Below, one piece after another: positions 16,671 to 30,610 of a stretch of 64,000 bases of DNA. The position numbers and the translations under genes were made by a program. This DNA is from Eledone cirrhosa (taxonomy: Eukaryota), in NCBI GenBank assembly GCA_964016885.1, contig OZ024740.1, positions 405,480,001 to 405,544,000 of the forward strand, written 5' to 3'. The notes beneath the pieces were generated by a model. That model was not told the DNA's origin. It ran no database searches and was given only the letters and a program-made list of their open reading frames with translations. Within the stretch, counting starts at the first letter, position 1. Every line of letters starts with the position of its first letter.

Positions 16671-17885
16671 ATTTCACCATGCACTTTCTCTATGAAATAT
16701 CATACTGCTCTTAAACATGCATTTATATTTTTCCAAGTAAACCTCAATAGGCTAGTTCTATATATAGTGGTCGTGGAGGTGCCACGACAAAAAAGCACCC
16801 AGCCCACACTGTAAAGTGGACGTGTAGGCGCCATGGAAAAAAAGCACCCAGCACTCACTGTAAATGAGGTTGGTGTTAGCAAGGGTATCCAGCTGTAGAA
16901 ATCAAGCCAGAATCAGTCCCTGTATGAGCAAGACAAGGTCAGCCGACTGAACACTGCCCACAACAGGACAACCCGTCTAACCCATGTTAGCATGGAAGAA
17001 CGGACATAAAACGGTGATGATGATGATGATGATGATATATTTATATACACAAATTAACAAGAATTAATGTAGTTTAATAAAGTTCCTGGTGTCATCAAAA
17101 TCAGGTTAATTGATGCTGATAGACAAATATTGCAATCCATTAATCATTTCAAAACAAACATTTTGGAATTTGTGTCTGGCAGCAATTATCATTCTCAATC
17201 AAATGTCACCCATTACATACCATAAAATATTCAATAAAATAGAACATGTTTGCCAAGATACTCTTCGATTAGAGAAAGTGTGATAAAAAAATTAGCAAAA
17301 AAAGAAAAAAAAGACATCAAAATCTTTTCTATTCTTAACCTTCACCCACTCACCATGGTCTATCATTTGTCATTGCTCTCTCTCTGGTTAACCCTCTTGG
17401 ATCACTGCCTTAAATGAACAGAGACAGCATAGGGTAGTGAGTACCTTTTAGTTTTGCAAGATTCAAGACAAACACATTTGTATTGGTACTCCAATAAACT
17501 CCACTCAGTACACTCTGTAAAGTAGTTGACAATCGAACAGAGATAATATAAGGTCAAGAAAAACTTTTAGACCTGCTGAGGCCATAACGATCTCTGTAAT
17601 GTTAGTGTCATGATAAAATGCATGCAGTACACCCTGTAAAGAAGTCAACATTATGAAGGTAATCCAGTGGTAGAGACCCCTGCCAGAAATGGAACATTTC
17701 AAGTGCAACATACTCCACCAACCCATTTAGAATAAGAACCAACTAGAATCATGAGAACCTGTCCAACACATGGTAGGGTAGAAAGCAAACATAAAATGAT
17801 GATGATGATTTCAGATAATATAGTTATTAAATCATTTTTTCCAAAACACTTTCAGATCTGAAGACAAGTAACTACGATTCCTTAC

Positions 17886-18113
17886 CTGAAGCCATGACTC
17901 GAAGAGTTTTTGCAGCACCACCCCAAACTCCAGAAATTGTGATGAGAGACTCAATGTATCGGTCTTTCCAAGCTTGTGTTTGAGAATTGAGGAAATATAA
18001 CATAGTTGGGCAACCCATACTATGTGCCATTAGTGAAACACTAGTCTTATTGTTCTTGTAGTAAGTATCTTCAACCAATGACTTGAGGTTCTTAAAATAG
18101 TCTTGAAATTCAT
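17886..18113 (-). CDS. PLA2G15: PLA2G15-like coding exon 5
   Basis: ttttgcag|AT GAA...TCA G|gtaag, 228 nt. Encodes EFQDYFKNLKSLVEDTY...AHSMG (nucleophile Ser)...GVWGGAAKTLRVMAS. Confidence 0.95.
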
Positions 18114-18735
18114 CTGCAAAATTTTTAAATAGTTAGAGTTAGAAAAAGAAGCTAACAGGAAGTTTTGGACATGTGATGTATATGGATGATGATCATTGAG
18201 TAAAAAAGTGCTAGGAAATCCCAGTGGAAGGTAGCTGCAGTAGAAGAAGACCTGGGTAGAGATGGTTAGAGCTGATCCCAAATCACTGAAGCTCACAGAG
18301 GAGATGATGAAGGACCACAATGAGTGAAGGGATACTATGCTGGAAAAGACCTGGTGATGATGATGATGAATAAGTCAGGTTTAAAAGAAAAAATTAAGTT
18401 GAAGCTTATACTAGAAAGCTTATTCTATTATTTCCTAGTTACCTTAGTCCATGTAAATAGGACATGCTTAGCAGAGGTTTAAAAACTGACACCAAAATTA
18501 CATCATCAACCTTGCAGATCTCACATCGATATTTAAATTGCAAGAATTGATGTGTAAACATTGAAAGTGGGAGTTGATAAACCAGTTATGCAAGTTTTAC
18601 TTCTAAAAGTATATAGATAATTCCATTTCTTTAGTACAGCATAAATTAAAGGCACACATCGATTAAACTGACTAACAGATAAGTGTGTATTTTACAACAT
18701 AATTATGCACCAGTATTTTTAACATATATACTTAC

Positions 18736-18834
18736 TTGGAGAACGTCTGAAATCATACGGTGCTCCTCTGATAGATATATTTCTGGTTAATCCTAGTTTG
18801 ACAAGTTCTTCAACAACATAGTAGTAGTAGGTAG
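18736..18834 (-). CDS. PLA2G15: PLA2G15-like coding exon 4
   Basis: ttcttctag|CT ACC...CCA A|gtaagt, 99 nt. Encodes TYYYYVVEELVKLGLTRNISIRGAPYDFRRSP (family GAPYDxR motif). Not in the ORF track. Confidence 0.95.
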
Positions 18835-20008
18835 CTAGAAGAAAAAAAATTGTAGGGATTTCAGTCAAATAGTTATATCATGCTATCATAACACCTTTTC
18901 TAAATTTGTGAAGAGAAAAAAATATTAACAACACTAAAGTGTTCAACTATTTGAACAGATTGTTTTTAAAGGTTCAGGTATGGGGATAAAACCTGTATTC
19001 AAAGAAAAGCAATTTTAGTCATTTCAAATAAGTTACATCGTCTTTGTGCTGCTTCTTACAACTTTGCATCTTATCACAATATATTTCTTATTTTCAAAAT
19101 AAGAGCTTGGATATATTCTTTGCTTAAAATACAATAAAATACTTAACTTATATAAAAATAGATTTTTTTCTTATTTGCTTTTATATCCACTCTGTAAGGT
19201 GCTTGTACTGGTGCCATGAAAAAAAGCACCCAGTCTTTGTAAGGTGGTCATACTGGTGCCATGACAAAAAGTACCTAGTCCACTTTGTAAGGTGGTAATG
19301 CTGGGGCCCACAAAAAAAAGTACCCAGTTAACCCTGTAAGATGTTAGTACAGTACACATTGTAAGGTGGTTGGCATTAGAACGGCTTCTAGCTGTAGACA
19401 ACCAAGCCCAAAACAGGATGTATAACATCTGTTTAGCCTCAATGTGACAGCCTGCTCAACTCATTCAAGCATGAAAAAAATAAACATTAACTGGTGATGA
19501 AGATGATGATCCAATCTGGAGAACTACATTAAATATTTAAGAACAAACTAATAATGTGTTGAAGTGAAACAGTGGAAAATAGTGATAGCCTCCATCATCA
19601 CACATATATCTATTTTCCATGCCTGCAAAGGTTAAATAAGTTATCACATTCTGAATCTAGACAGGTCAGGATGACTGTCTCACTCATACATTTCATTCTG
19701 GCATAGTTTATATGATTGGATGCCCTTCCTAATACCAACCACTTTATGGCACGTACCAGAACGACCACCTGACAGGGTGGACTGGGTGATTTTTATCATG
19801 ACAAGTCAGTGTAGTTACCTTCCTGAAATCTGTTGTCAAAGGATCAAACTAATTATACTCAACATTATGAATGTAGTCTGTAGCTCCAAACTTTGAAATG
19901 AGTTATTTAACTAAATTTATGATGAAGTAATGAAATCTGTAAAGGTAATCGTTAGTATCAAGTCTACAAACATTTTAATTTTTTTATAATTCATAGAAAT
20001 TAACTCAC

Positions 20009-20127
20009 TGAATCTTTCCTGTCCAGGGTCCAAGTATTCTACTGTTGGAGTACTGCCAAAACCAGGAATATCAATAGAAACGCCTGGTGAATCATATGTT
20101 CTTCGAGTTTTTTTATCGTATACTAAT
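20009..20127 (-). CDS. PLA2G15: PLA2G15-like coding exon 3
   Basis: cttttcag|A TTA...TTC A|gtgagt, 119 nt. Encodes [39 protein letters not shown]. Confidence 0.95.
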
Positions 20128-20480
20128 CTGAAAAGAAAAATGTTAATCTAAAAATGAAGAAAACTATATTTTAGCATCATATTTGATGCAATGAAAACAA
20201 ATTTCAGCAACAGCTATGTTGGTTTCAAAACCAACTGACAATTCCAAAACTCAATTATAAGAAAATCCTCCAAATCCAAATATTTTTTCTATACCAACAA
20301 TTAATTTTAATTACTGAAGAATGAAATTAAAACATGATTATGCGTTTCTTCGTGTTTGCATATTTTGAGTAGGTCTATAGATTTAGATATTTATAGAAAT
20401 TGTTAGTCAGTATTTAATAATTAAGCATCTTTTGTGAAACTATGAAATAGGCTCTTCATTTCTAAATGCATTTTCATAAA

Positions 20481-20890
20481 TCATCATCATCATCACCATT
20501 TAATGTCCATGTTTCCACGCTGGCATGGGTTAGACGAGTTACCTGTTGTGAGCAATGCCAGGTCAGGTGACCATGTCTTGCCCATACACAACCGATTTTG
20601 GCTTGGTTTCTACAGTTGGATGCCCCTCCTAGCATCAACTTCATTTACAGTGAGTACTGGGTGTTTTTTGTCATGATACCTACACAACCACTTTATGGTG
20701 AGTACTGGGTGTTTTTGTCAGGACACCTACACAATCACTTCACAGTGTGGACTGGGTACTTTTTGTCATGATACCTACACAACCACTCTACAGTGAGTAC
20801 TGGGAACTTTTTCCGTGACACCAACACGACTACTTTATAGTGTGGGCTGGGTGCTTTTGTCATGACACCTACACGACCACTTTACAGTGT
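20481..20890 (-). mobile_element. RTE-type 3' tail / non-autonomous element with ~43-bp internal tandem units, in intron 2
   Basis: (CAT)n tail and GGATGCCC motif, plus about six copies of ACTTTACAGTGAGTACTGGG...GTCATGACACCTACACAACC. Confidence 0.7.
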
Positions 20891-21546
20891 TGGCTGAAGG
20901 CTTCACTGGATGTATACTTCCGCTTGTCCTCATGAGAGTGGGTGTGGTGGAGTGGTGCACACTATATATATGCTTCAGCTTCGGCCAAGTCTGGTCTTCT
21001 GTAATATTGCACAACACCAGAGATATTGGCCCAATGTCATCACCTTTGAGAGGTGCAATTGGGCATGGTTAGCTTATATATATCTATATATATCCTGAAT
21101 GAGATAAATATCACACTGCTTCCAGCATTATTTTCATTTTATGTGTGCTTTTCCATGCATACACCAGTTAAATGGATCATTTAAAATCAAATCGGTACTT
21201 AATCAGGGCTAATATCTTCCTAGACAGGCCAGGAAACCATGTCTCGCTTATATTCCATTTATGACATGGTTTCTAGAGTCCTTAATTCCAACTACTATTC
21301 AGGGTGTACTTGATGCATTTTAGTGTGGTAACATCACTATGGAGTTTGTCATGTTCTTGACACAACCGAAGAGTCCGTTATTTAGAAATGGTTAAATAAA
21401 CAACTTAGTAGTAGCTAATGTATTTCAATCTATTTGAAACAGTTTGTCAGAGTTGGATTATCAATATTTGGAAGGATGCACCTAAAATATCAGCATATAA
21501 ACATCCATGAAATAAAAGTAGATTAAATAAAAATAAGATGAATTAC

Positions 21547-21700
21547 CTCATGTTGTCAACAAAACAATCCTGAGCAACTGTGATTTGAGTAAGATCCAAC
21601 CATAATGTATAATAATAGTTAGTTTTCTTTTCACAGTAGACAACAGGACTCATACTTTTGTTCAACTTTGCTGAAATTTGGCTGCCGCCATCTCCAGGAA
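21547..21700 (-). CDS. PLA2G15: PLA2G15-like coding exon 2
   Basis: tcttatgtag|TT CCT GGA...ATG AG|gtaatt, 154 nt. Encodes PGDGGSQISAKLNKSMSPVVYCEKKTNYYYTLWLDLTQITVAQDCFVDNM, with the conserved Cys pair. Confidence 0.95.
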
Positions 21701-22213
21701 CTACATAAGAAAAATAAAGAAAACAAAGAACAATTTATAACAATGCAAATTAAACTCTAGATAAATTAATTTCACCCATATCATTTAACATCCATTTCCC
21801 CTACTAGCAAAGGTTGGATGGGTCTTCACAGACCAAATCACTACTGTGAACTACTAACCTCTAAGATAAGACCATGGGCCTACATTTCAATAGGTTCCTG
21901 CACTCTGAGAACTCAAATGGTCCAGGGACTGCATCTCACATATGTTCCTCCACACAACCAAATGCATTTTATCCTAGCACTAAGGAGGGTGTCATGTCTT
22001 TGATACAGCTGATGAGTCCTCCCAACCATTTGTTTGGTAACTTTTCTACAGCTGGATATCTTTCCTATCACCAACCACTTTACAGGGAGTACTGGGTCCA
22101 TTTATGTATATCACCAAACACTAGAGAGGTCTTTGTACTCTTGACACAACTGAAAAATCCTCCTGAACCTTTTGGGCATGGTTTTAACAGTAGGATACCC
22201 TTCCCATCATGAA

Positions 22214-22535
22214 GGCGCATGGCTTTGTGGTTTGAGCTTTGGACTTACAATCACAAGGTTGTGAGTACAATTCTCGGACCAGGTGTTGTGTTCTTGAGCA
22301 AGACACTTTATTTCATGTTGCTCCAGTTCACTCAGCTGTAGAAATGAGTTGCAACATCACTGGTGTCAAGCTGTATCAGCCATTACCTTTCCCTTGGACA
22401 ACATCGGTGGTGTGGAGGGAGACTAGTATACATGGGCAACTGCTGGTCTTCCACAAACAACCTTGCTTGGACTTGTGCCTCAGAGGGCAACTTTCTAGGT
22501 GCAAATCCCATGGTCATTCGTGATCAAAGGGGGTC
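22214..22535 (+). mobile_element. tRNA-derived CORE-type SINE (family S2)
   Basis: tRNA-like head GGCGCATGGCTTTGTGG...GAGTACAATTC followed by CORE-like TGTGTTCTTGAGCAAGACACTT. A second head-only copy lies at ~23221-23285. Confidence 0.7.
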
Positions 22536-24574
22536 TTTATTCTTTACCCCCTTCCTATCACCACCCACATAACGGTGTACTGGGTACATTTTTTCATGGC
22601 ACTAGTGCTAGAGAGGTTTTATGGTAATTGAATCAACTAAAGAGCCCTCTCTACAGAGATAGTAGAGATATGAACAGTAGGAAGGATGTCTCTATACTAT
22701 ATCTCTTGTGATATGGCACACTCATATCATCATTAGATCAACTAATAAATTTTGACATAGATGGATGGATAGAACTATTAAATGAAATCTGACTTCTGGT
22801 GACTGTGCTGCATTCACATCCATAAAGATTTCCTGATACATTACAAAGGTCCTTTGCTTCCCTTTAGAGGTCATTTTTTTTCCTACAAGAGTAATTTGCT
22901 TTGTTACCCATTTACAGCCAGGTGGATTGAATCATTTCAACAGCTAAGTACCAAAGCCCCTAACACCATGCACTGCTGCAAACAAGACTTGAACTAACAA
23001 ACATACAGCAGGATGTCTACAATTTAATTCATTAGGCCATCTGTACTCTTAGTTGATCTGACTCACAATATCCATCCACAAATTTCACACAATGCTTTTG
23101 TTGATCAAATATGATCTACTTTATGTTTATCATGGGGTCCTTTTTTGAAGCAATGTTTTATGGCTGAATGCCCTTCCTGGTGCTAAACCTTTTAGTCTGT
23201 ACATAGACAAACTAAGTAAAGGCACATTGCTTAGAGGTTAGGGTATTCAGCTCGCGATCCTAAGGTCATGAGTTAAATTTCCAAAGCACACACAAACTAG
23301 GTATGTATTAGCATATAAAGAGAAGCTAAATATAGTTGATTATTTTACTGCTCCCATTTCAGTTTTACATTTTACTTCAGAATTGTATTCATGTATTATT
23401 AAAATAGAAAACAACCTCAATCAATGCCTGAATAGATACAGAAAAATTTTGCTTGTAATTGTTGATAGAAAATAAAATTGACATTGAAGCAATAAAATAC
23501 TTGTTTTTGTCTAGACAGAAATATGTACAATAGATTATTTTCAGGGTATCATGTCAACACTAAGACCCAGAATGCTACATACAAAACACTGGATGCATTA
23601 GTTTAACATTTTATTTTTCACTTTTTGAAAATTTAAAATGCTGCTTTTCAATTTAAGATCTTGATGAAAATAATTTTTCTTTTTAATTGAAAAAAGATAA
23701 AATAATAATTAAAAACAATAATTTGACAGATCTTGAAAATCTGATGTTGAAAACAAAAATCTGAAAAACATTTTTTTTTAAATACATAAAAAGAAGGCTA
23801 AGAGATTTCTTTTTAAATTCTTTTGTATCATAATATATACTTTGTTCTCTGATAACCATGTATATATTTCACAAAATGAATAGTAACATTTAGTGGAAAC
23901 TTATTTAAATACAGTCATCAAAATCAAAATAATTTCCTGGAAAACAAAATAAAAACATGAGCATGTGATTTCCATAATGTTCACTTTACAGCATAAGCAT
24001 TGGTACAGCCTACACCATTCAAAGTTCACGTTTGAATTAGCTTTTTGTTTCGTTTAGGATACATTCTATTGTACTTTATATAGTAATTATGATAAATCTG
24101 ACTAAACTATAATTTTTCCATACATTGTAATATTAAAGAAAAGCTGGTATATATTATTAAGCATGAAAAATATTTTTTCCAAAGATATATTTAGGTATTT
24201 AATTTATGTTCATTTTTTTTTTCTCTCTGATCAAAACTGGAATCTTACTTGTTCAGTTGGTGTTCACCAAGGATAAGTTGAGCCAGATTTTACCAGCTCA
24301 TCCAGAGGCTGCCCATGTATGGCAATCATTGACATCTGATGTCAATATCAGCCAGTCAAAACTTCAATGGTGGCTACCATATATGTGAGGACCAGATATT
24401 AGCTCAAGATCTGGCCAATCCATATTTTCAACTATCAACCTCACCATTTACGCCATTGCGGAAGGGGCTCAAGCCTGACTGCAGAATGCATGACCAAACC
24501 AATGAGGGCACCTTTTGAGTAGTTGTTGGAGGAAATCAGCTGGGACAATAAATTACAGACTTTAGCACAAAATC

Positions 24575-25450
24575 CATGGTCAAAATTTTAAGTATGAAAG
24601 AAGAACCTAGAGTTGAAAGGCCTTAAAGTAAACTTTGCAAAAACAAAATTCTTAATAAGTAGGAAAGAAAACAGAAAGATGATACCAGAGAAGTGGCCTT
24701 GTTCAATATGTCAGAAAATGGTGGGCAGAAATTCTATAAGGTACACACAGTGTAATTTACAGACGTACAACAGTTGTAGTGGGATTGCAGGCATGCTAAC
24801 GGAAAAAACTTTGTATGTAGTAGATGTGCAGAAGTAAGCACTAAGAACACACGTGAAATAGATTGCCAGAGAGCTTCCTTAGAAGTAGTTGACAGCTATT
24901 GTTACCTAGGTGATCAAATTAGTAGTGGGGGGAGGAAATGCCAGAAGTTTGATAGCTAGGAGAAGAACAGGTTGGGAGAAGTTTAAAGAGCTGTTACTGC
25001 TGCTGACAACAAAGGGCTTTTTTCTCAGAGAATGATGCCTGTGTGTGAACTTTGATGCTACATGGAAGTGAAACAAGGGCTTTGACTGCAAAAGGCCTGT
25101 GGAGGCTAGAATGAAACAAATCGAGTATGCTCCAATGTATGTGTAATATTAGTGGGTATGAGCAACATAGCATAAGCAAACTGAGGGAAAAACTTGGCAT
25201 AAGAGGAGCTGGATGTAGTGTGCAAGAGAGAAGACTGCGTTGGATTGGACATGTGATGCACATAGAAGGTAGCAGCTACATAAAGAAATACAGAGAAACA
25301 CTAGTGGCTGGGACACATGGAAGAGGCAGACCCAGGAAGACATGGGATGAGGTTGTAAAGACCGACCTTAAAAAACTAAACCCCATAACAAATGACGAAG
25401 GGCCATGGGGGCTGGTGCTATGCTGAAGACCCAGCCAACAGCATACAATG
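24575..25450 (+). mobile_element. Degraded RTE LINE 3' region in intron 1
   Basis: KGLKVNFAKTK, KWPCSIC, ERRLRWIGHVMH, GRGRPRKTWDEVV, with stops and frameshifts. Confidence 0.85.
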
Positions 25451-26309
25451 TGGCCTGACATTTCCATGCCCCCCTCTCCCACTAACACTCCCTAGCAGCT
25501 ATCCTCACCATCACTACATGTCCCCTCCAGCATTCATTCCTTAGGTGCTGCCCCCTCAAAAGCCCTTAGATACCCTCACTATTGCACCCTAGTAGCTACT
25601 CTCTTCACCCAATGACCCCACCCTTACCCCCTCCACTTTCACCCCATAGCTATTCTCTCCATCACTACACCTCCCTCAAAGCTTGCCAAACAAACAGTTG
25701 TGTCAAAGACATGACAACCTTTCCTGTGCACTAGATAGAATGTAAAACTGTAGGTAAGTGAGATGTAGAACTAAGAGCAGTTTTAGTTGATTTGGTATCA
25801 AAGGAGTTAACAAATGGTCATGAAAATAATTCTGGATACACTTCATAGAAAACTTGTTTCACTGCCTATTATTTTCAAATCATTTTGAAAATAATCAAGA
25901 ATTTGGATGTTGCTACATAAAATTATGATCAAAGGTTTTTTTAGATAAATATAAATACTTAAAAATAAACAGCTTTGAATCATAAAACCAGGGGTGGTTT
26001 GGTATCAAAAGGATTAAGTAATTTTCAAAAGGAAAAATCATATCACTGTCAAAAAAGAAGTTCATGAAGTTATTGACACTGTGAGAAAATTAAACATTTA
26101 CTCATAAAACATAATTTAATGATAGGTCAAAGGTCCAATTCATTGATATTTGGCAATCAAAACCATGGGAAAATAAATAATGAAAAAGTTCTATGCTGGA
26201 GAATTGAACTTTCCTCCCTTTCAAACATCATAAACTATACACCTGGCTTTGAGATTCTTTCAGACAAGCATTTGTTTTATAGTTGTACTACTACTACTAC
26301 TTCAACAAA

Positions 26310-26770
26310 TATAAATCAACTGGACTTTGTATGTGACAGATGCACAGGAACAGTCAATAGTAAGGCTACACGAGAAATAAACTCTCTCAAATGTTCAGAA
26401 AGCCCACTGGTAGTGGCAGAAAGCTTTCTGGGTGATCTCTATAGCCAGAGTATCTGCAGTGTCTAGAAAGAAATGAATCAAGTATGCTCTAGTGGATCTG
26501 TAATGTGTATGAACTACAGTGCATGTGAACTGAGAGAAAAGTTGAGTATAGGAGGAATTAAATGCAAGAGAAATGATTGGGCTGGTATGGGCATGTGATG
26601 CATAAGAACAAGAGGTGTATAAAAAAAATATCCTGAGAGTTTAAGGTGGATGGAACCCATGGAAGAGAGAGACTAAGTAAGATATGAGACAAAGTTGTGA
26701 AGAATTACTTCAAGAAACTGAACCTCATGAAGGAGATGACACAGGACTGAGCAAACTGGTACTATGATAT
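26310..26770 (+). mobile_element. Highly degraded RTE LINE fragment
   Basis: DFVCDRCTG..., ELREKLSIGGI, WYGHVMH similarity to 59098-59820. Confidence 0.65.
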
Positions 26771-27400
26771 AATGTGCCAATACAAGCACTGACATAGCAT
26801 GTGGCAACCTCTCTAGTGCCATGACAAAATTCACTCAGTACACCTTGTAAAGTGTTAGTGTTAGTGTTAGTGTTGGTGCCATGATAAGATGCACCCAGTC
26901 CACTCTGCTAGCATGGAAAGCAGACGCAAAATGATGATGATGATGATAATCTAGTAATACCCAATGTGTGTTGGCCTATTAGTCCAATGTCACATTTGAC
27001 AACATATAGTGAGAAAGAGAATTAACACTTGAACATAGTGGCAGGCAAAGTGTGAGAGAGACAAAGAAATGATGTCCTGGAGCACACAGAAGTAATTGTC
27101 TTTTGCAGAGTGTTTGTACAACATTATGTTTTCTTTTAATTTATTTACCTTCTATTACCCATAGTGGAAAATGTATATTCCTAAAATAACACTTGAACAT
27201 ATGATGGGTAACATTCTAGTTTCTATATAATTCCTTAGTACATCCTGGTGTGAGAAAAATGCTTCATTTTATAAAAGTATGCAACCTATGTTGCAGAAAT
27301 TTTATGTCGAAGAAATATGGCAAGCTTGTGCCAATTTCCATTATGTAATAAAATTAAACATACCAGAATCTAAAAAAAAAGACAAGGGAAGATAACTCAA

Positions 27401-27590
27401 ATAATTGTTTCTACTTTTGGCATAAGGCCAGCAATTAACCAGTGTATTACTGGTACTTTATTTTATCGACCCCATAAGGATGAAAGGCAAAGTTAACCTC
27501 GGTGGGATTTGAACTCAGAATGGCAAGAGCCGTAACTCTATGCGTCAAAGCATGGCATCCGACCCTCTACCGATACTGCCAATCCACCAA
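27401..27590 (-). mobile_element. SINE S1 in intron 1
   Basis: Reverse complement closely matches 30418-30604. Confidence 0.85.
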
Positions 27591-27823
27591 TATTAGCTAA
27601 TCAAAACTTTTGAAAAACAAAGACTGCAGATAGGAGTGGATTTTGTCTTTACCCCCTTATTTCAACTCACAATATTACATTTGTGAGATCCTACTGTATG
27701 TGTATTTTTAGTATGTAGAATGCCACCACCAAAGTTATTTTCCCTCAACCTTATTAATAAAATTAAATCTAACTTTTATCATCTGAAAGATACTTCTCAT
27801 GTAAAAGCCACCTGTCCATTCAA

Positions 27824-28161
27824 CCCTTTAGCATTTAAACTGGCTATCCAGCCGTAGAAAACCTGCCAGATAATCCTCTACGAGCGAGACACTCTCCCCC
27901 GACCAATCTTGCCTCAAGTAGAGCAACTCCTGTCTAACCCATGCTAGCGTGGAAGATAGATGTTAAACGATGATGATATCCGGTCAGAATTCTCTTACCT
28001 CTTTCTGTTCAAACTGGCCATAAATGGCCACTCAAACTAACATTAAAGTATTGTTCTCAAAATAAATAACATCAAAATCTTGTAGATTCAATATTATGTG
28101 AGGTAAAGCCTTTACCACAAAAATACTATAGTATATACAGAGTAATTTAAATGCTATAGGG
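27824..28161. mobile_element. piggyBac-type MITE with an RTE tail inserted (~27845-27976)
   Basis: Terminal inverted repeats CCCTTTAGCATTTAAA / TTTAAATGCTATAGGG, flanked by TCAA and TTAA. Body is homologous to 61054-61262 (inverted) and 47096-47287. Confidence 0.75.
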
Positions 28162-28609
28162 TTAAATATCTGTAATAAACTTTAAAGGAGCCGTTCTTCA
28201 TGCTAATAATTTGATGTTTACTTTTTATAATCAATGATTTTTTTCATTTTCCATACACCAAGAATTTCTATTGTTAGAAAAGGCTTATCATCTCTCTCTC
28301 TCTTGCCATATATATAAGTTTTTGATTGATTGCATATTATTAGATATTACTTTTAGAATTAACAACCAATGTGAACTTGGAAATTGAAGTGTTTATAGTG
28401 TAATTGTTTCAAGTGAAGATATACAAATAGGTTTAACTCTTCTGAAACCCAACTGCCTGAAACCACCTGAAAGGAACAATTTATTTTAGAGTGTTCATAT
28501 TTAAAAACCTTCCAACATAATTTTATGAAAGAACCTTTAAGTCATTTTTCCAACACCAAACTGATAATGTGAAAGTTAGTTATATTACTCCAAACTCTTG
28601 GTTATTTTC

Positions 28610-28682
28610 AAAATTATATGATAACCATTGAAATTATATGATAACCAAAATTATATGATAACCAAAATTATATGATAACCAA
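28610..28682. repeat. ~17-bp minisatellite (AAAATTATATGATAACC) x4
   Basis: Seen directly. Confidence 0.85.
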
Positions 28683-29474
28683 TCTTTCAGTAAAAATATA
28701 GTAAAAAAAAAAAAAGAGAAAAGTAAAAAAGGTTAATATTAAAATTTATTCAACAAATGATGTGTATACCAAATATACATACAAGGATAGCAATAATTTA
28801 TTAATGGAGTGAAATTATATAAGAGTTGTTTATCTCTAAAAACAGTAATTTGTTCTTCCCTATTCTCCCAGTACCACTTCAGCCTTGGTTGCTGATGATA
28901 TATGTCTCTTTCAAATTGTTTAAATGATTATGTAAGGAAGATGTAAACTCCCAGTCCATCTGAGAGGTCAGTAGCCTTGTTTGAGTACTAACTCTGGCTA
29001 TAAAGACCCATCAAACCCTTGCTAGCAGGGAAATCAGACATTAAATAGTGATGATTATATCTGGTTCTGTTTTTAACAATACAGAATTTGGTTGCTATTT
29101 CTAGCATGTTAAGTGGCTAGATAGAAGCTATCTCAGTTTACATGTTATTGCTAGTGGGCATAAAGGTAAAGTGATGATGATGATGATTTATGCATACAGC
29201 TATTCAGCTCCTTTGTCTATGTGACAACAGAGATGAACATTTTTGAAGATGATCTCACTATTTTGCTATATATTCTTTCTTAGCCTACCAAATGCCTGTG
29301 AATCTAATATGAGTTGGTTGCAAACCTCTTATGAGAAGAAACAGGACTGTTGATTACCCCCCCCCCCTTTGTTTTTGCCGAGAATAAGTAAGTAACATAG
29401 TCACTACTTCAAAATTCATAGCTAATGGCCTTTAAAATGTTTTTAATTAAACATACATTATATTATCAAATATA

Positions 29475-29590
29475 AGTCTGAGTTCAAATCCCACCGAGGT
29501 TAACTTTGCCTTTCATCCTTACGGGGTCGATAAAATAAAGTACCAGTAATGTACTGGGTAATTGCTGGCCTTGTGCCAATAGTAGAAACA
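29475..29590 (+). mobile_element. 5'-truncated SINE S1 with 18-bp TSD
   Basis: ATTATATTATCAAATATA at 29457-29474 and 29591-29608. Confidence 0.9.
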
Positions 29591-30149
29591 ATTATATTAT
29601 CAAATATACTATACATACATTCATATACTGTATACATCGCTATTTCAGAACACCAATATTAATACCTAATTTGTGCTTCACCGGCAACCACTCTGTTTAA
29701 TCAGCTCTTTAAATATTATTGGAATTCTATAAGAATCCAGCTTCTATAATTCTCAGTAGAGGCGAAAGAGTGAGTAGTCTTGATAACTGCTTATGAGCGA
29801 GAAACAGGACTGTTGATTACTCCCCTTCGTTTTTGTCGAGAATAAGTAACATAGTCACTACTTTAAAATTCATAGCGAATGGTCTTCAAAATGTTTTTAA
29901 TTAAACATACATATATACATTTAATTAAACATTCATAGATACATTGAGAGCACCAATAGAAAGATATATATATCCAGGGAGTGTAACATGAAGTTACTGT
30001 AGGTTCACCCAGGTGAGCACTCGATGTTTAGATTCACATCTGTAGCAAGGTGTAGAGCTAAACAGAATGTAAATATAATAATACATGGACGATTTGTTAT
30101 GCCTTCATTACAACAAATCATTCTTGTATTGTATATATATCATCATTAC

Positions 30150-30312
30150 CGTTGGACGCTATGCTTTCCAGCATAGTTATGTCTCTTTACGGTCTGAGTT
30201 CAAGTCCCGCCGAGGTTAACTTTGCCTTTCATCCTTACGGAGTCGATAAAATAAAGTACCAGTAATGTACTGGGTAATTGCTGGCCTTGTGCCAAAAGTA
30301 GAAACAATTATC
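30150..30312 (+). mobile_element. SINE S1 (5'-truncated)
   Basis: B-box GAGTTCAAGTCC, family core and TAGAAACAATTAT tail. Confidence 0.85.
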
Positions 30313-30413
30313 ATATATATACAAAGAGAGATTAGGAAGTTTTTCAATGTATGTATGTGTATGTGATATACATACATTCACACAAACGCACATTATTTGT
30401 TTATTAAAATATA

Positions 30414-30610
30414 GGGCGGTGGATTGGCAGTATCGGTAGAGGGTCGGACACCATGCTTTCCAGCATAGTTATGTCCCTTTACAATCTGAGTTCAAATCCC
30501 GCCGAGGTTGACTTTACCTTTCATCCTTACGGGGTCGATAAAATAAAGTACCAGTAATACACTGGGTAATTGCTGGCCTTGTGCCTAAAGTAGAAACAAT
30601 TATTATTATA
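30414..30610 (+). mobile_element. Full-length SINE S1
   Basis: A-box TGGCAGTATCGG, B-box GAGTTCAAATCC, core CCTTTCATCCTTACGGGGTCGATAAAATAAAGTACC (resembles the MetaSINE domain as I recall it), and (ATT)n tail. Confidence 0.85.
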
